From: Pseudomonadota bacterium | GTDB taxonomy: Bacteria > Pseudomonadota > Alphaproteobacteria > Rhizobiales > Rhizobiaceae | Direction: 5' to 3' | Length of the DNA: 64,000 bases | Assembly: GCA_038746275.1 (NCBI GenBank) | Contig: JBCDKS010000018.1 | Coordinates: 13,863-77,862 of the forward strand | Part shown: positions 19,389 through 28,510 of the stretch, one piece after another | Layout: every line of letters starts with the position of its first letter | Position numbering within the stretch: the first letter of the stretch is position 1 | Translations under genes and position numbers: made by a program | Notes under the pieces: generated by a model | Told to the model about the DNA's origin: nothing | Seen by the model: the letters and a program-made list of their open reading frames with translations, nothing else | The model's database searches: none

Positions 19389-20969
19389 CTATTTTAGATA
19401 CACACGGTCCATGGGGGAGGAAGACGCCCAAATGCCCCTCACCGGATTGCCCACCTTGTCGGAATAGACAGTGTGGTACGGCAGTGTGTTGAGCCAATAA
19501 ACCGGCAGTTCATCCGCAACGATCTGCTGGAACTCTTTGTACAATGCTTTGCGTTTTTCAGGATCGGCTTCCTTGCCGGCCATCGCCATGAGTTCATCGA
19601 CCCGCACATTTTCATATTGCTGGGTGTTGGACCAGATCACGCCCTTCTTGATGTTGTCGGATGAATAGGTGCGGTGCACGCCGATCACCGGATCGCCCCA
19701 GTTGAACACTGTGTCCATGGTCATATCGAACTCGTGGTTTGACACGGTTTTCGCCCAGGTCGGGAAGTCCGGTGAAGCCTTTACGGTCACTTCAATGCCG
19801 ACCTTTTTCAGCGCAGCTTTGACATATTCCGCCTGCGGCTTGATGGAAGGCCAGCCGAAGTTGATCGACAATTCCATGCGCTTGCCATCGGTGAGCGGGA
19901 AACCCGCCTCATCCAGCAGGCTTGCCGCTTTTTCCAAATCGAGATCGTAGCCTGGCAAAGATGTGTCAGCGAGGGGCGAGCCCGGATGGATCGGGCCGCG
20001 CGCATCGGCTGCAAGACCCTGCATGATAGCGTTCTTGATGAACTTCTTGTCCACCGAATAGGCAATGGCCTGACGCACACGCTTGTCAGCCAACGGGCCT
20101 TTTTTGGTGTTGAAGGCCAGCCAGTCCAGCGCGCCAATGGCGGCGTAGCCGTCGGCGGTCACGTTAATGCCATCTGCCGCTTCAAGACGTTTGATGTTGC
20201 GCACGGTGTTCATGAACGGTGCCATGTGCAATTCACCGTTTTGCAGGCCGATAGCGGCTGCCGACTGGTCTTTGATGATGCGCATGACGATACGGTCCAC
20301 ACAGGGCGCATCCATGAAATAGTCGTCGTTGCGCTCCAAGATCACGTGCTGATCGCGCTTGAACTCAACCAGTTTGAACGGGCCGGAGCCGACCACGTTT
20401 TCAGAGTTTTGTGGATGGGCTTTGACGTCCTGCCCGTCACCATAAATGTGCTTGGGGATGATCGCCATCAACTGGGACGACATGGCCAGCATCAAAGCAG
20501 GGTGCGGTTGCGAAAGCTTCAAAACGGCCGTCTTCGCATCTGGCGTCTCGACGCTTTCCACCGGACCGAACATGGTCTTGAACGGATGGTTGGCTTTGAT
20601 CGTGTCGACGGAAAACTTCACATCTTCCGATGTGATGGGTTTGCCGTCGTGAAAGTTTGCATCTTTGAGTTTGATGGTTACCGACAGGCCGTCGTCAGAC
20701 GTGGTGACGCTTTCAGCCAAATAGGGTTCGGCTTCCCAACCATCGGTATAACGCAAGGGGGTGGCGAAGAGTTGCGCACCCGGCGCCCCTGTCACCACGC
20801 CGGACTGAACGGCTGGGTTCAGGTGCCGCGGTGTCTGTCCAAGCCATGTGACCAGTGTACCGCCTTTATTGGGGCAGGTTTCGGCAAAGGCTGGCGCGGT
20901 GGCCAGTGTGCCCGCAAATGTGCCCGCAAGGGCGGTGGCCGCGACAAGTGATTTGATGATAGAGCGCAT
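19389..20969 (-). CDS. ABC substrate-binding protein, family 5
   Basis: Signal peptide; FHDGKPITSEDVKFS, GSGPFKL, DKRVRQAI, IVADELP. ATG 20969 follows GGGAG. Confidence 0.92.
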   Translation of the reverse strand: MRSIIKSLVAATALAGTFAGTLATAPAFAETCPNKGGTLVTWLGQTPRHLNPAVQSGVVTGAPGAQLFATPLRYTDGWEAEPYLAESVTTSDDGLSVTIKLKDANFHDGKPITSEDVKFSVDTIKANHPFKTMFGPVESVETPDAKTAVLKLSQPHPALMLAMSSQLMAIIPKHIYGDGQDVKAHPQNSENVVGSGPFKLVEFKRDQHVILERNDDYFMDAPCVDRIVMRIIKDQSAAAIGLQNGELHMAPFMNTVRNIKRLEAADGINVTADGYAAIGALDWLAFNTKKGPLADKRVRQAIAYSVDKKFIKNAIMQGLAADARGPIHPGSPLADTSLPGYDLDLEKAASLLDEAGFPLTDGKRMELSINFGWPSIKPQAEYVKAALKKVGIEVTVKASPDFPTWAKTVSNHEFDMTMDTVFNWGDPVIGVHRTYSSDNIKKGVIWSNTQQYENVRVDELMAMAGKEADPEKRKALYKEFQQIVADELPVYWLNTLPYHTVYSDKVGNPVRGIWASSSPMDRVYLK

Positions 20970-21184
20970 GAACGGACTCCCTGGTTTTGTTCGACAGCTA
21001 TGACCCTGACAAACGGCAAGCGATGCCCGCCGTGTCGTGATGTGAAAAGTCTGCACCCATTTTAGTTGCACTGTGAAGGGCGAAACCGAATTTTTCGCGT
21101 TTATGGACACGACCCGTTGCCATGTCCGCGCTGCGTGGCGAAAGTCAGAGCCAACAGTTTCAATAGTGTGCGGACCCCTGAGAG

Positions 21185-22837
21185 ATGACGACGATCTACA
21201 GCGCCAAGAAAATTATCACGATGAACCCGGCCCGGCCGGAAGCCACACATGTGGCTGTTCGCGATGGACGGATATTGGGCGCTGGCACGCTGGAAGAATT
21301 GGCGGGCTGGGGGGACTACACGCTGGACGAACGGTTTGCCGACAAAGTGATTATGCCAGGTTTGGTGGAGGGCCATTGCCACGCCATGGAAGGTACACTT
21401 TGGAAATACACCTATGTGGGGTTTTTTGACCGCATGGACCCGCATGGGAAAATTTGGGACGGCGCAAAGGACATCGAAGCCGTTGTCGAGCGCCTGCAAG
21501 AAGCGGATGCGGCCATGGATGACCCTGATAAACCGCTGCCGGGCTGGTCGCTCGATCCGATTTATTTTGGAACAGGCGGCGAAGGCGGAGCCCGTGTCTC
21601 GCGGGCGGATTTGGACCGGGTGTCTACCACCCGGCCAGTTGGGGTGATGCACGCGTCCGGGCACATTTTGAATGTAAATTCAAAGGCCTTGGAACGGGCC
21701 GGTCTGTTAAAAAAAGGGCTCAACAATCCCGGTATACCGCTGGGCGCAGACGGCTTACCCACCGGCGAACTGAAAGGCCCCGACGTAATGACGCCCGTTG
21801 GCATCCATGTTGGCTTCGACCGAGACATGCTCGCCTGCGACGAAGGCGGGCTGATCGATTTTGGCAAACTGTGCGTTCGGGCCGGTGTGACGACAGCAAC
21901 CGATCTGGCCGCACGCCTGCCCGAAGAGGCGGTAAAAATGATGATTGAGGTCACCGCCCGACAAAACTATCCGGCACGCATTGTACCTTTGCGCTTTCAC
22001 CACGGCGTGTCGCCCAAGGAATTGATCGAACACGCTTTGACGTTGAAGGAACAATCCACAGACCGTTTGCGGCTGGGCAAAATCAAAGTGGTGGTGGACG
22101 GGTCCATTCAAGGTTTTTCGGCGCGGTTGCGGTGGCCGGGCTACTACAATGGCGCGCCCAACGGGCTTTGGTACATCTCACCGGAACACCTGAAAGAAGT
22201 TTTAGAAGCCGCTCTAAAACACGACCTTCACGTGCACACCCATACAAACGGGGATGAGGCAACTGAACTGGTGTTGGACACAATGGAAGACGTGCTGCGC
22301 CGCCAACCGTCCGGCAATCACCGTTTCACGCTGCAACACTGCCAATTGGCTGACACGGCACAGTTTCGGCGCATGGCCCGTCTGGGTATGTGTGTGAACT
22401 TGTTTGCCAATCACCATTTTTATTGGGGCGACGAGCACTACAATTTGACGGTTGGGCCGGAGCGGGCGGAACGCATGAACGCTTGCGCGACTGCCTTGGA
22501 ACAAGGTGTTCCCATGACGGTCCATTCCGATGCGCCGATCACACCGCTGGGGCCGCTGTTTACCGCATGGTGTGCCGTTAACCGCATCACCGCCTCCGGA
22601 CGGGTGCAAGGTGAGACTGAGCGCATCGACGTGGACGAAGCGCTGGAGGCCATAACAATTGGCGCGGCTTATACACTAAAACTGGACGACGAAGTTGGTT
22701 CCATCGAAACGGGCAAGCGCGCCGACTTCGCGATCTTGGAAGATGACCCCGAAGAGATCGGTGGCGACCGCCTCAAGGACGTTCGCGTTTGGGGTACTGT
22801 GCAAGACGGTCGCATATTCGCAGCCAGCGATCTTTGA
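21185..22837 (+). CDS. Amidohydrolase-3 / YtcJ-like metallo-hydrolase
   Basis: PGLVEGHCH (HxH), KVVVDGSIQG, HTNGD, LQHCQ, HSDAP, GSIETGKRADF. Confidence 0.9.
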   Translation: MTTIYSAKKIITMNPARPEATHVAVRDGRILGAGTLEELAGWGDYTLDERFADKVIMPGLVEGHCHAMEGTLWKYTYVGFFDRMDPHGKIWDGAKDIEAVVERLQEADAAMDDPDKPLPGWSLDPIYFGTGGEGGARVSRADLDRVSTTRPVGVMHASGHILNVNSKALERAGLLKKGLNNPGIPLGADGLPTGELKGPDVMTPVGIHVGFDRDMLACDEGGLIDFGKLCVRAGVTTATDLAARLPEEAVKMMIEVTARQNYPARIVPLRFHHGVSPKELIEHALTLKEQSTDRLRLGKIKVVVDGSIQGFSARLRWPGYYNGAPNGLWYISPEHLKEVLEAALKHDLHVHTHTNGDEATELVLDTMEDVLRRQPSGNHRFTLQHCQLADTAQFRRMARLGMCVNLFANHHFYWGDEHYNLTVGPERAERMNACATALEQGVPMTVHSDAPITPLGPLFTAWCAVNRITASGRVQGETERIDVDEALEAITIGAAYTLKLDDEVGSIETGKRADFAILEDDPEEIGGDRLKDVRVWGTVQDGRIFAASDL

Positions 22838-22840
22838 TTC

Positions 22841-23698
22841 ATGAAAGCTCCCATGCAGATACCGATCACCGTGATCGGCGGTCATTTGGGCGCCGGCAAA
22901 ACCACGCTTGTGAACCATCTGCTGCGGGCAGCGAACGGCTTGCGGCTGGCGATCATGGTCAATGAGTTTGGCGATCTGCCGATTGATGAAGCGCTGATCG
23001 AAGCCCAGGGCGACGATATGATTGCCCTCGCCGGTGGATGTGTGTGCTGCTCCTACGGCGATGATCTGATGGCGGCCATGCAGCAAATGGCGGCCATGGC
23101 CCCCCCGCCAGAGCACATAGTGCTCGAGGCGAGCGGCGTTGCCCTGCCCGGTTCCATTGCATCATCACTGTCCCTGCTGCCCCATGTGGTGGATGATGGA
23201 ATTGTCGTATTGGCCGACGCTGAGACCGTGCGGAACCGCGCGCAAGATAAATACATGTATGACACGGTGCTGCGCCAACTGGCCGATGCGGACCTGATCG
23301 TGCTCAACAAGACTGACTTGGTGGACAGCCCTACGCGAGATCATGTCCGGGCATGGCTAATCGAACAAGCGCCCGAGGCTGTGATCGTGGAAAGCGAGCA
23401 TTCTCTCGTGGAGCCCGAGTTGGTGCTGCAAAGTTTCATAGGCCGCGCACGCGGTGCTTATCTTACCAACGCACACCGCAACCGTGTCAAAAGCCATGTG
23501 ATGGTTCCCGAGGCGGAAACGGATGCCGAGACGCTAGCCGCCAAACTCGCGCAGGATGAGACTGTGGTGCGGGCCAAAGGTTTTGTGCATCAAGACAATA
23601 CCAGCAAGCTGATACAGGTGGTGGGCAAGCGGTGGGCGGTGAGCGATTTTGACACTGATAAAGAAGCCGGGGTCGTTGTCATTCAAACGTTGGGGTGA
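22841..23698 (+). CDS. CobW/COG0523 G3E GTPase metallochaperone
   Basis: GHLGAGKT, NEFG, GGCVCC, LEASG, LNKTD. Confidence 0.9.
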   Translation: MKAPMQIPITVIGGHLGAGKTTLVNHLLRAANGLRLAIMVNEFGDLPIDEALIEAQGDDMIALAGGCVCCSYGDDLMAAMQQMAAMAPPPEHIVLEASGVALPGSIASSLSLLPHVVDDGIVVLADAETVRNRAQDKYMYDTVLRQLADADLIVLNKTDLVDSPTRDHVRAWLIEQAPEAVIVESEHSLVEPELVLQSFIGRARGAYLTNAHRNRVKSHVMVPEAETDAETLAAKLAQDETVVRAKGFVHQDNTSKLIQVVGKRWAVSDFDTDKEAGVVVIQTLG

Positions 23699-23894
23699 AG
23701 TTGCCACGGCTGGTGCGATTGTACACATCTTGTGATCGACCTGTAATCGACCGGGGGTCTTCAAACCAATGGAAGACGCACAATAACCCGTAGAATTAAT
23801 CAGTTAACGCAAATTAACCAAGTTTCTGAACCGCTTGTTTACGACCAATACTCTAGTAACCACACCAGATTCACCCACAATTTAGTTCAAATTG

Positions 23895-23909
23895 TTCATA
23901 CCGTATTAA
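23895..23909. promoter_or_regulatory. CtrA-like box
   Basis: TTCA-N7-TTAA (one mismatch to TTAA-N7-TTAA) in an AT-rich region with three more TTAA half-sites. Confidence 0.45.
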
Positions 23910-23952
23910 GGTACAGTGCCGGATCATGCCCCCGACAACCTAGGAGGGTATC

Positions 23953-24363
23953 ATGTCACCAGCTCAGTCTCACTCGCTCAATGAAGCGTCTGTTCCAATC
24001 CCCGAAAACCTGTTTGGCCAGATGGCACAGGCCGAACCGGCCGACGCTGTCGAAATCGCCAAAAAACTGCCTTTGGCCAACCGTGCTAGACTGGCCGCCT
24101 TTTGCTATGGTCGCCGTCATCTCAACCATTTGGGCCTGCTGATCGCATCGACGTGCGACCGCATGTCGTTGCGCCGTGCCATGGGCACTGCCGGTGATGT
24201 CGTGTTCCAGCAATCCCGCAATGTGGAAGCCACCGTTGCCGCCGAACGCGGCCGCTCCGATTCCACGTCGAAAATTACTTTGGCAAAAGCCGCCAATGTG
24301 GTGCCTTTGCGTCGTCCCATGGGCATCGACACCGACACCACAGATGAGGACCTGGCCGGCTAA
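23953..24363 (+). CDS. Hypothetical protein (136 aa)
   Basis: GGAGGG RBS; core ARLAAFCYGRRHLNHLGLLIASTCD resembles, from memory, an uncharacterised Rhizobiales family. Confidence 0.8.
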   Translation: MSPAQSHSLNEASVPIPENLFGQMAQAEPADAVEIAKKLPLANRARLAAFCYGRRHLNHLGLLIASTCDRMSLRRAMGTAGDVVFQQSRNVEATVAAERGRSDSTSKITLAKAANVVPLRRPMGIDTDTTDEDLAG

Positions 24364-24601
24364 ACTACGCCACCAGTGATATCCTTCTTTCATTGCGCGC
24401 GGTGCCGGGTCGCATCTGGCGCTGCGCATGGTGATACCCACCCGCACATCTAAGATGAACCTGCGACGGGCAGCCGGGTTCCGTACTTTGGTTCTGCACC
24501 GGACCAAACCCTATCAAGCGTGTTTTCAGGCGCGCTAAAATACGTCACAAGACAGATGAACACGGGCCGCATCCGGCCGCACTCGTCTTGGACCTTGGCC
24601 C

Positions 24602-25804
24602 ATGAACTCACACTCCCCCGCTCGTACGCCAGCTTCGCTAACCACAGCTTCCATCACAGATCGCCTGGCTTCGCTGGGTTCGCAGCGTTGGGCCGTACAC
24701 ACGGAGGCACGCCGCCGCGTGGCGGAGGGCCAGGATCTGATCGAATTGACGATCGGTGAACCCGATGTGCCCACTCCAAAGGCGCTGATTGATGTCGCGC
24801 ACCGCTCGATGCAGGCCGGGCGCACGCGCTATTCCAACGGCAAGGGCGAACCGGCCTTGTTGGCGGCAGTCGCCGCAAAATATGCTGACCGGTCCGGGCG
24901 CGAAGTTACACCCGCCAACGTCCTCGCATTTCCGGGCACACAGGCTGCGCTATCGCTCTGCATGACCGGTTTGGTGGAGACCGGAGAGGCGGTGCTGGTG
25001 CCTGATCCCTATTATGCGACTTACGAAGGCGTGGTGCGTGGCACCGGCGCGGACTTCATTCCGGTTCCCATGGATGCCGCCAACGGATTCCATCTCACGG
25101 CCCAGCAGGTGGAAGCCGCCATCACGCCCAACACGAAAGCCCTGCTTTTGAATTCCCCGCACAACCCCAGCGGGGCGACGCTGAGCCAAACGGAAATCGA
25201 AGCCATCTGCACGGTGTGTGAGAAGCACAATTTATGGATTGTGAGCGACGAGGTTTACGAGCCGCTGGTGTATGAAGGCACGTTCGCTTCACCCTTCGAC
25301 CTTGAGGCTTATTCGGATCGCGTGATTGCCGTGGCTTCGATTTCGAAGTCTCACGCAGCGCCGGGCTTCAGGGCGGGATGGGCCGTTGGACCCGCATGGG
25401 TCATGGACAGAATACAAAGCGTTTCGGAAGCGGTACTTTTCGGGTGTCAGCCCTTTATCGCAGATATGGTAGCACACGCCCTCACCCACCCAGACGATAC
25501 AACCGAAACTATGGCAACAGCCTATCGCGAACGGATCGCGATCCTCTCGGATGCGTTAAACGCTACGCCCAAGCTTAAGCCGCTGGTGCCGGAGGCCGGA
25601 ATGTTCATGCTGGTGGACGTGAGCCACACGGGCCTGAGCGGCCATGAATTTGCGATGGGCCTGCTCGATCATGGCGCCGCCGTGATGCCGGGCAGTTCTT
25701 TTGGTGATCAGGCCCATGATTTTATCCGCCTCAGCCTGACAGTCCCGTCCGATACGCTGCAGGAAGCGGCGAACCGTATGATCGCATTTGCGCAAAAGGC
25801 GTGA
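24602..25804 (+). CDS. PLP-dependent aminotransferase class I/II
   Basis: LTIGEPD, LLNSPHNPSG, VSDEVY, SISKSHAAPGFRAGW (PLP Lys). Confidence 0.92.
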   Translation: MNSHSPARTPASLTTASITDRLASLGSQRWAVHTEARRRVAEGQDLIELTIGEPDVPTPKALIDVAHRSMQAGRTRYSNGKGEPALLAAVAAKYADRSGREVTPANVLAFPGTQAALSLCMTGLVETGEAVLVPDPYYATYEGVVRGTGADFIPVPMDAANGFHLTAQQVEAAITPNTKALLLNSPHNPSGATLSQTEIEAICTVCEKHNLWIVSDEVYEPLVYEGTFASPFDLEAYSDRVIAVASISKSHAAPGFRAGWAVGPAWVMDRIQSVSEAVLFGCQPFIADMVAHALTHPDDTTETMATAYRERIAILSDALNATPKLKPLVPEAGMFMLVDVSHTGLSGHEFAMGLLDHGAAVMPGSSFGDQAHDFIRLSLTVPSDTLQEAANRMIAFAQKA

Positions 25805-26991
25805 GCATGACGCGTGCACCATCTTCGATGACCGGCAATCGCGATCATCTTCATCGAGAAATCAGGGATGCTGTTCGCGACCTGTGCGGACGGTTCTCAG
25901 CGGACTATCACCGCAAACACGGTCAGGACGCCACCTATCCGGAAGAGTTCATCGCAGCGCTGACGGAAGCAGGCTGGCTCGCCTCCATGATACCGGAACC
26001 GTATGGCGGGTCGGGGCTGGGGCTTGTGGAAGCCTCCATCGTGATGGAGGAGATCAACCGCAGCGGTGCCAATGCCGGCCATTGCCACGGCCAGATGTAC
26101 AATATGTCCACTCTTCTGGCCCACGGTTCGGACGCGCAAAAAATGCACTATCTGCCGCGCATCGCGTCCGGCGAGTTGCGGTTGCAATCCATGGGGGTCA
26201 CCGAACCGACAACCGGAACGGACACGACCAAACTGAAAACCAGGGCCGAACGTGTGGGCGACCGCTACGTGATCAACGGACAAAAGGTCTGGATATCCCG
26301 CGTGCAACACTCCGATCTGATGGTGTTGCTGGCCCGGACAACGCCGCTCGAAAACTGCGCCAAAAAATCGGAGGGCCTGTCGATCTTTCTGGTTGATCTG
26401 CGCGATGCCATTGGAAACGGCCTTGAGGTCAAACCCATCGCCAACATGGTCAATCATGAGACCAATGAGTTGTTTTTCAGCAATCTGGAGATACCGGCCG
26501 ACTGCCTGATCGGCGAGGAGGGAAAAGGGTTCAAATACATTCTTGAAGGCCTGAACGCCGAGCGGATTTTGATCGCAGCAGAATGCATCGGCGACGGTTA
26601 TTGGTTTATCGATAAAGTGTGCGACTACACCAAAGAGCGGGTCGTTTTTGATCGGCCCATCGCTCAAAATCAGGGAGTTCAATTCCCCATCGCCCGAAGC
26701 TTTATCAACGTGGAGGCAGCCAACTTAATGCGGTTTGAGGCGGCAGAGCGGTTTGACTGTGGGGAGGCCTGTGGCCCGCAAGCCAATATGGCGAAACTGC
26801 TGGCCGCCGATGCGTCATGGGAAGCGGCGAATGCTTGTCTACAGTTTCACGGCGGATTTGGTTTTGCTGCTGACTACGACATCGAACGCAAGTTGCGCGA
26901 AACCCGGCTCTATCAAGTGGCCCCGATCTCAACCAATTTGATCTTGAGTTATGTTGCGGAGCACATGCTGGATATGCCCCGAAGCTTTTAG
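25801..26991 (+). CDS. Acyl-CoA dehydrogenase
   Basis: VTEPTTGTD, INGQKVWIS, GLNAER, LQFHGGFGF; GTGA overlap with the aminotransferase. Confidence 0.93.
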   Translation: MSMTRAPSSMTGNRDHLHREIRDAVRDLCGRFSADYHRKHGQDATYPEEFIAALTEAGWLASMIPEPYGGSGLGLVEASIVMEEINRSGANAGHCHGQMYNMSTLLAHGSDAQKMHYLPRIASGELRLQSMGVTEPTTGTDTTKLKTRAERVGDRYVINGQKVWISRVQHSDLMVLLARTTPLENCAKKSEGLSIFLVDLRDAIGNGLEVKPIANMVNHETNELFFSNLEIPADCLIGEEGKGFKYILEGLNAERILIAAECIGDGYWFIDKVCDYTKERVVFDRPIAQNQGVQFPIARSFINVEAANLMRFEAAERFDCGEACGPQANMAKLLAADASWEAANACLQFHGGFGFAADYDIERKLRETRLYQVAPISTNLILSYVAEHMLDMPRSF

Positions 26992-27011
26992 AACCGTTTT
27001 CGTTCAAACGG
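26989..27011. repeat. Short hairpin related to the stop-anchored repeat; probable terminator between convergent genes
   Basis: TAG-AA-CCGTTT-tcgttc-AAACGG, starting at the acyl-CoA dehydrogenase stop. Confidence 0.45.
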
Positions 27012-27049
27012 GAGCTTTTGGGCGAAAGCAACCGCGACAAAACACGTCG

Positions 27050-28264
27050 CTATAGCCCCGTCAAAGCCTGGTCGATATCGGCCACCAGATCCCGCTCATC
27101 CTCGAGACCTACAGACAGGCGCAGTACGCCATCGGTGATGCCCAGAGCATCCCGATCATCCTGCGACAGGTTTTTATGCGTCGTGGTGGCAGGATGCGTG
27201 ATGAGGCTCTTTGCGTCCCCCAGATTGTTTGAAAGCCGAATAAGACGCAGCACGTTTTCAAACTGGAAGGCCGCCTCTTTGCCACCGGTCAGTTCGAAAG
27301 CCACAAGCGTTGAACCGCCCTCCATTTGCTTGGCCGCTATGTCCGCTTGGGGGTGATCGGGCCGCCCGGGGTAAATAACCCGGCTGCACGCCTGATGTTG
27401 CGCCAGATGATCGGCAATCACCTTGGCACTGCGGCTCTGTTGCGCCACCCGCACCGGCAGGGTCTCTAAGCCCTTAAGCAGAACCCATGCGTTGAACGGC
27501 GACAGGCTTGGACCTGTGTGGCGGTAAAAGTCCCACAGTTCTTCATCTACCCACGATCTTTCGCTCAAAATGGCCCCACCCAGACAACGGCCTTGGCCAT
27601 CAATGTGCTTGGTGGCCGAGTAGACGACGATGTCGGCACCGAGGTCCAACGGGCGCTGGAACATCGGTGTGGCAAACACGTTGTCCACCACGAGTCGCGC
27701 ACCGGCATTGTGGGCGATATCCGCCACCGCGGCGATGTCTGCCAATTCCAAGGTTGGGTTGGTGGGGGACTCCAAAAACAGCACTTTTGTTTCAGGACGG
27801 ATGGCCGCTTTCCAAGCCTCCAAATCGCGCCCGTCGACCAGCGTGCAGCCGATGCCGTAACGGGGCGCAAGTTTTTCCACCACCCAACGGCAGGACCCAA
27901 ACAGCGCTCTTGCAGCGACGATATGATCTCCCGCTTGCAACTGGCACATCAGGGCTGCGGTCACCGCGCTCATGCCGCTGGCGGTGGCAAGGCAGGTTTC
28001 TGCGCCCTCCAACGCAGCGAGCCGCTCCTCAAACATCGTCACGGTCGGGTTGGCATAGCGGGAATAAATGAAACCGGGTTCGTCACCGGCAAATCGCGCT
28101 TCCGCTTGCTCCGCGCTATCATAGACAAAGCCTTGCGTCAGGTAGAGTGCTTCAGATGTTTCCCCGTGCTGAGAGCGGTTGGTTCCGGCATGGACCATGC
28201 GCGTGGCGGGCTTCCATTGCCGGTGGGTGTTGGATGCTGACAGTTTTGGGGTGTCCTCAGACAT
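27050..28264 (-). CDS. metZ: O-succinylhomoserine sulfhydrylase
   Basis: YSRYANPT, ASGMSA, FLESPTNP, YSATKHIDGQGR, NNLGDAKS. Confidence 0.95.
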   Translation of the reverse strand: MSEDTPKLSASNTHRQWKPATRMVHAGTNRSQHGETSEALYLTQGFVYDSAEQAEARFAGDEPGFIYSRYANPTVTMFEERLAALEGAETCLATASGMSAVTAALMCQLQAGDHIVAARALFGSCRWVVEKLAPRYGIGCTLVDGRDLEAWKAAIRPETKVLFLESPTNPTLELADIAAVADIAHNAGARLVVDNVFATPMFQRPLDLGADIVVYSATKHIDGQGRCLGGAILSERSWVDEELWDFYRHTGPSLSPFNAWVLLKGLETLPVRVAQQSRSAKVIADHLAQHQACSRVIYPGRPDHPQADIAAKQMEGGSTLVAFELTGGKEAAFQFENVLRLIRLSNNLGDAKSLITHPATTTHKNLSQDDRDALGITDGVLRLSVGLEDERDLVADIDQALTGL

Positions 28265-28330
28265 GGTTTTCTTGCGTCCTTGTTTGCTTAAATCGCGAAA
28301 CCGGGCGGATTTTTATGCTGTTTCGGGCAC

Positions 28331-28363
28331 AAAAAAACCGGCTTCGCGACCCCGCAAAACCGG
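28331..28363 (-). terminator. Riboswitch-associated intrinsic terminator in the metZ leader
   Basis: Minus strand CCGGTTTTGCG-gggt-CGCGAAGCCGG followed by T7. Confidence 0.75.
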
Positions 28364-28396
28364 CTGGTTTTCCCATGGGGGAAAACTGGTTCGGTC

Positions 28397-28450
28397 CTTT
28401 AGCGAGTTGTTTTACGTGGCTGCAAGCCGACCGGCCAAATCACCACGAAC
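28397..28450 (-). ncRNA. SAM-II (SAM-alpha) riboswitch
   Basis: Minus strand GTGGTGATTTGGCCGGTCGGCTTGCAGCCACGTAAAACAACTCGCTAAAG matches the SAM-alpha pattern; lies upstream of metZ. Confidence 0.92.
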
Positions 28451-28510
28451 GAGATGTGTACTACCCAAGCACGGCCATTGCGTCAATTGAGCGGGACGGT
28501 AAACAGAAGT

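Noticed and set aside
21103-21120. TGGACACGACCCGTTGC, superficially a sigma54 promoter
   Set aside because: GG-to-GC spacing is 14 rather than the required 12.
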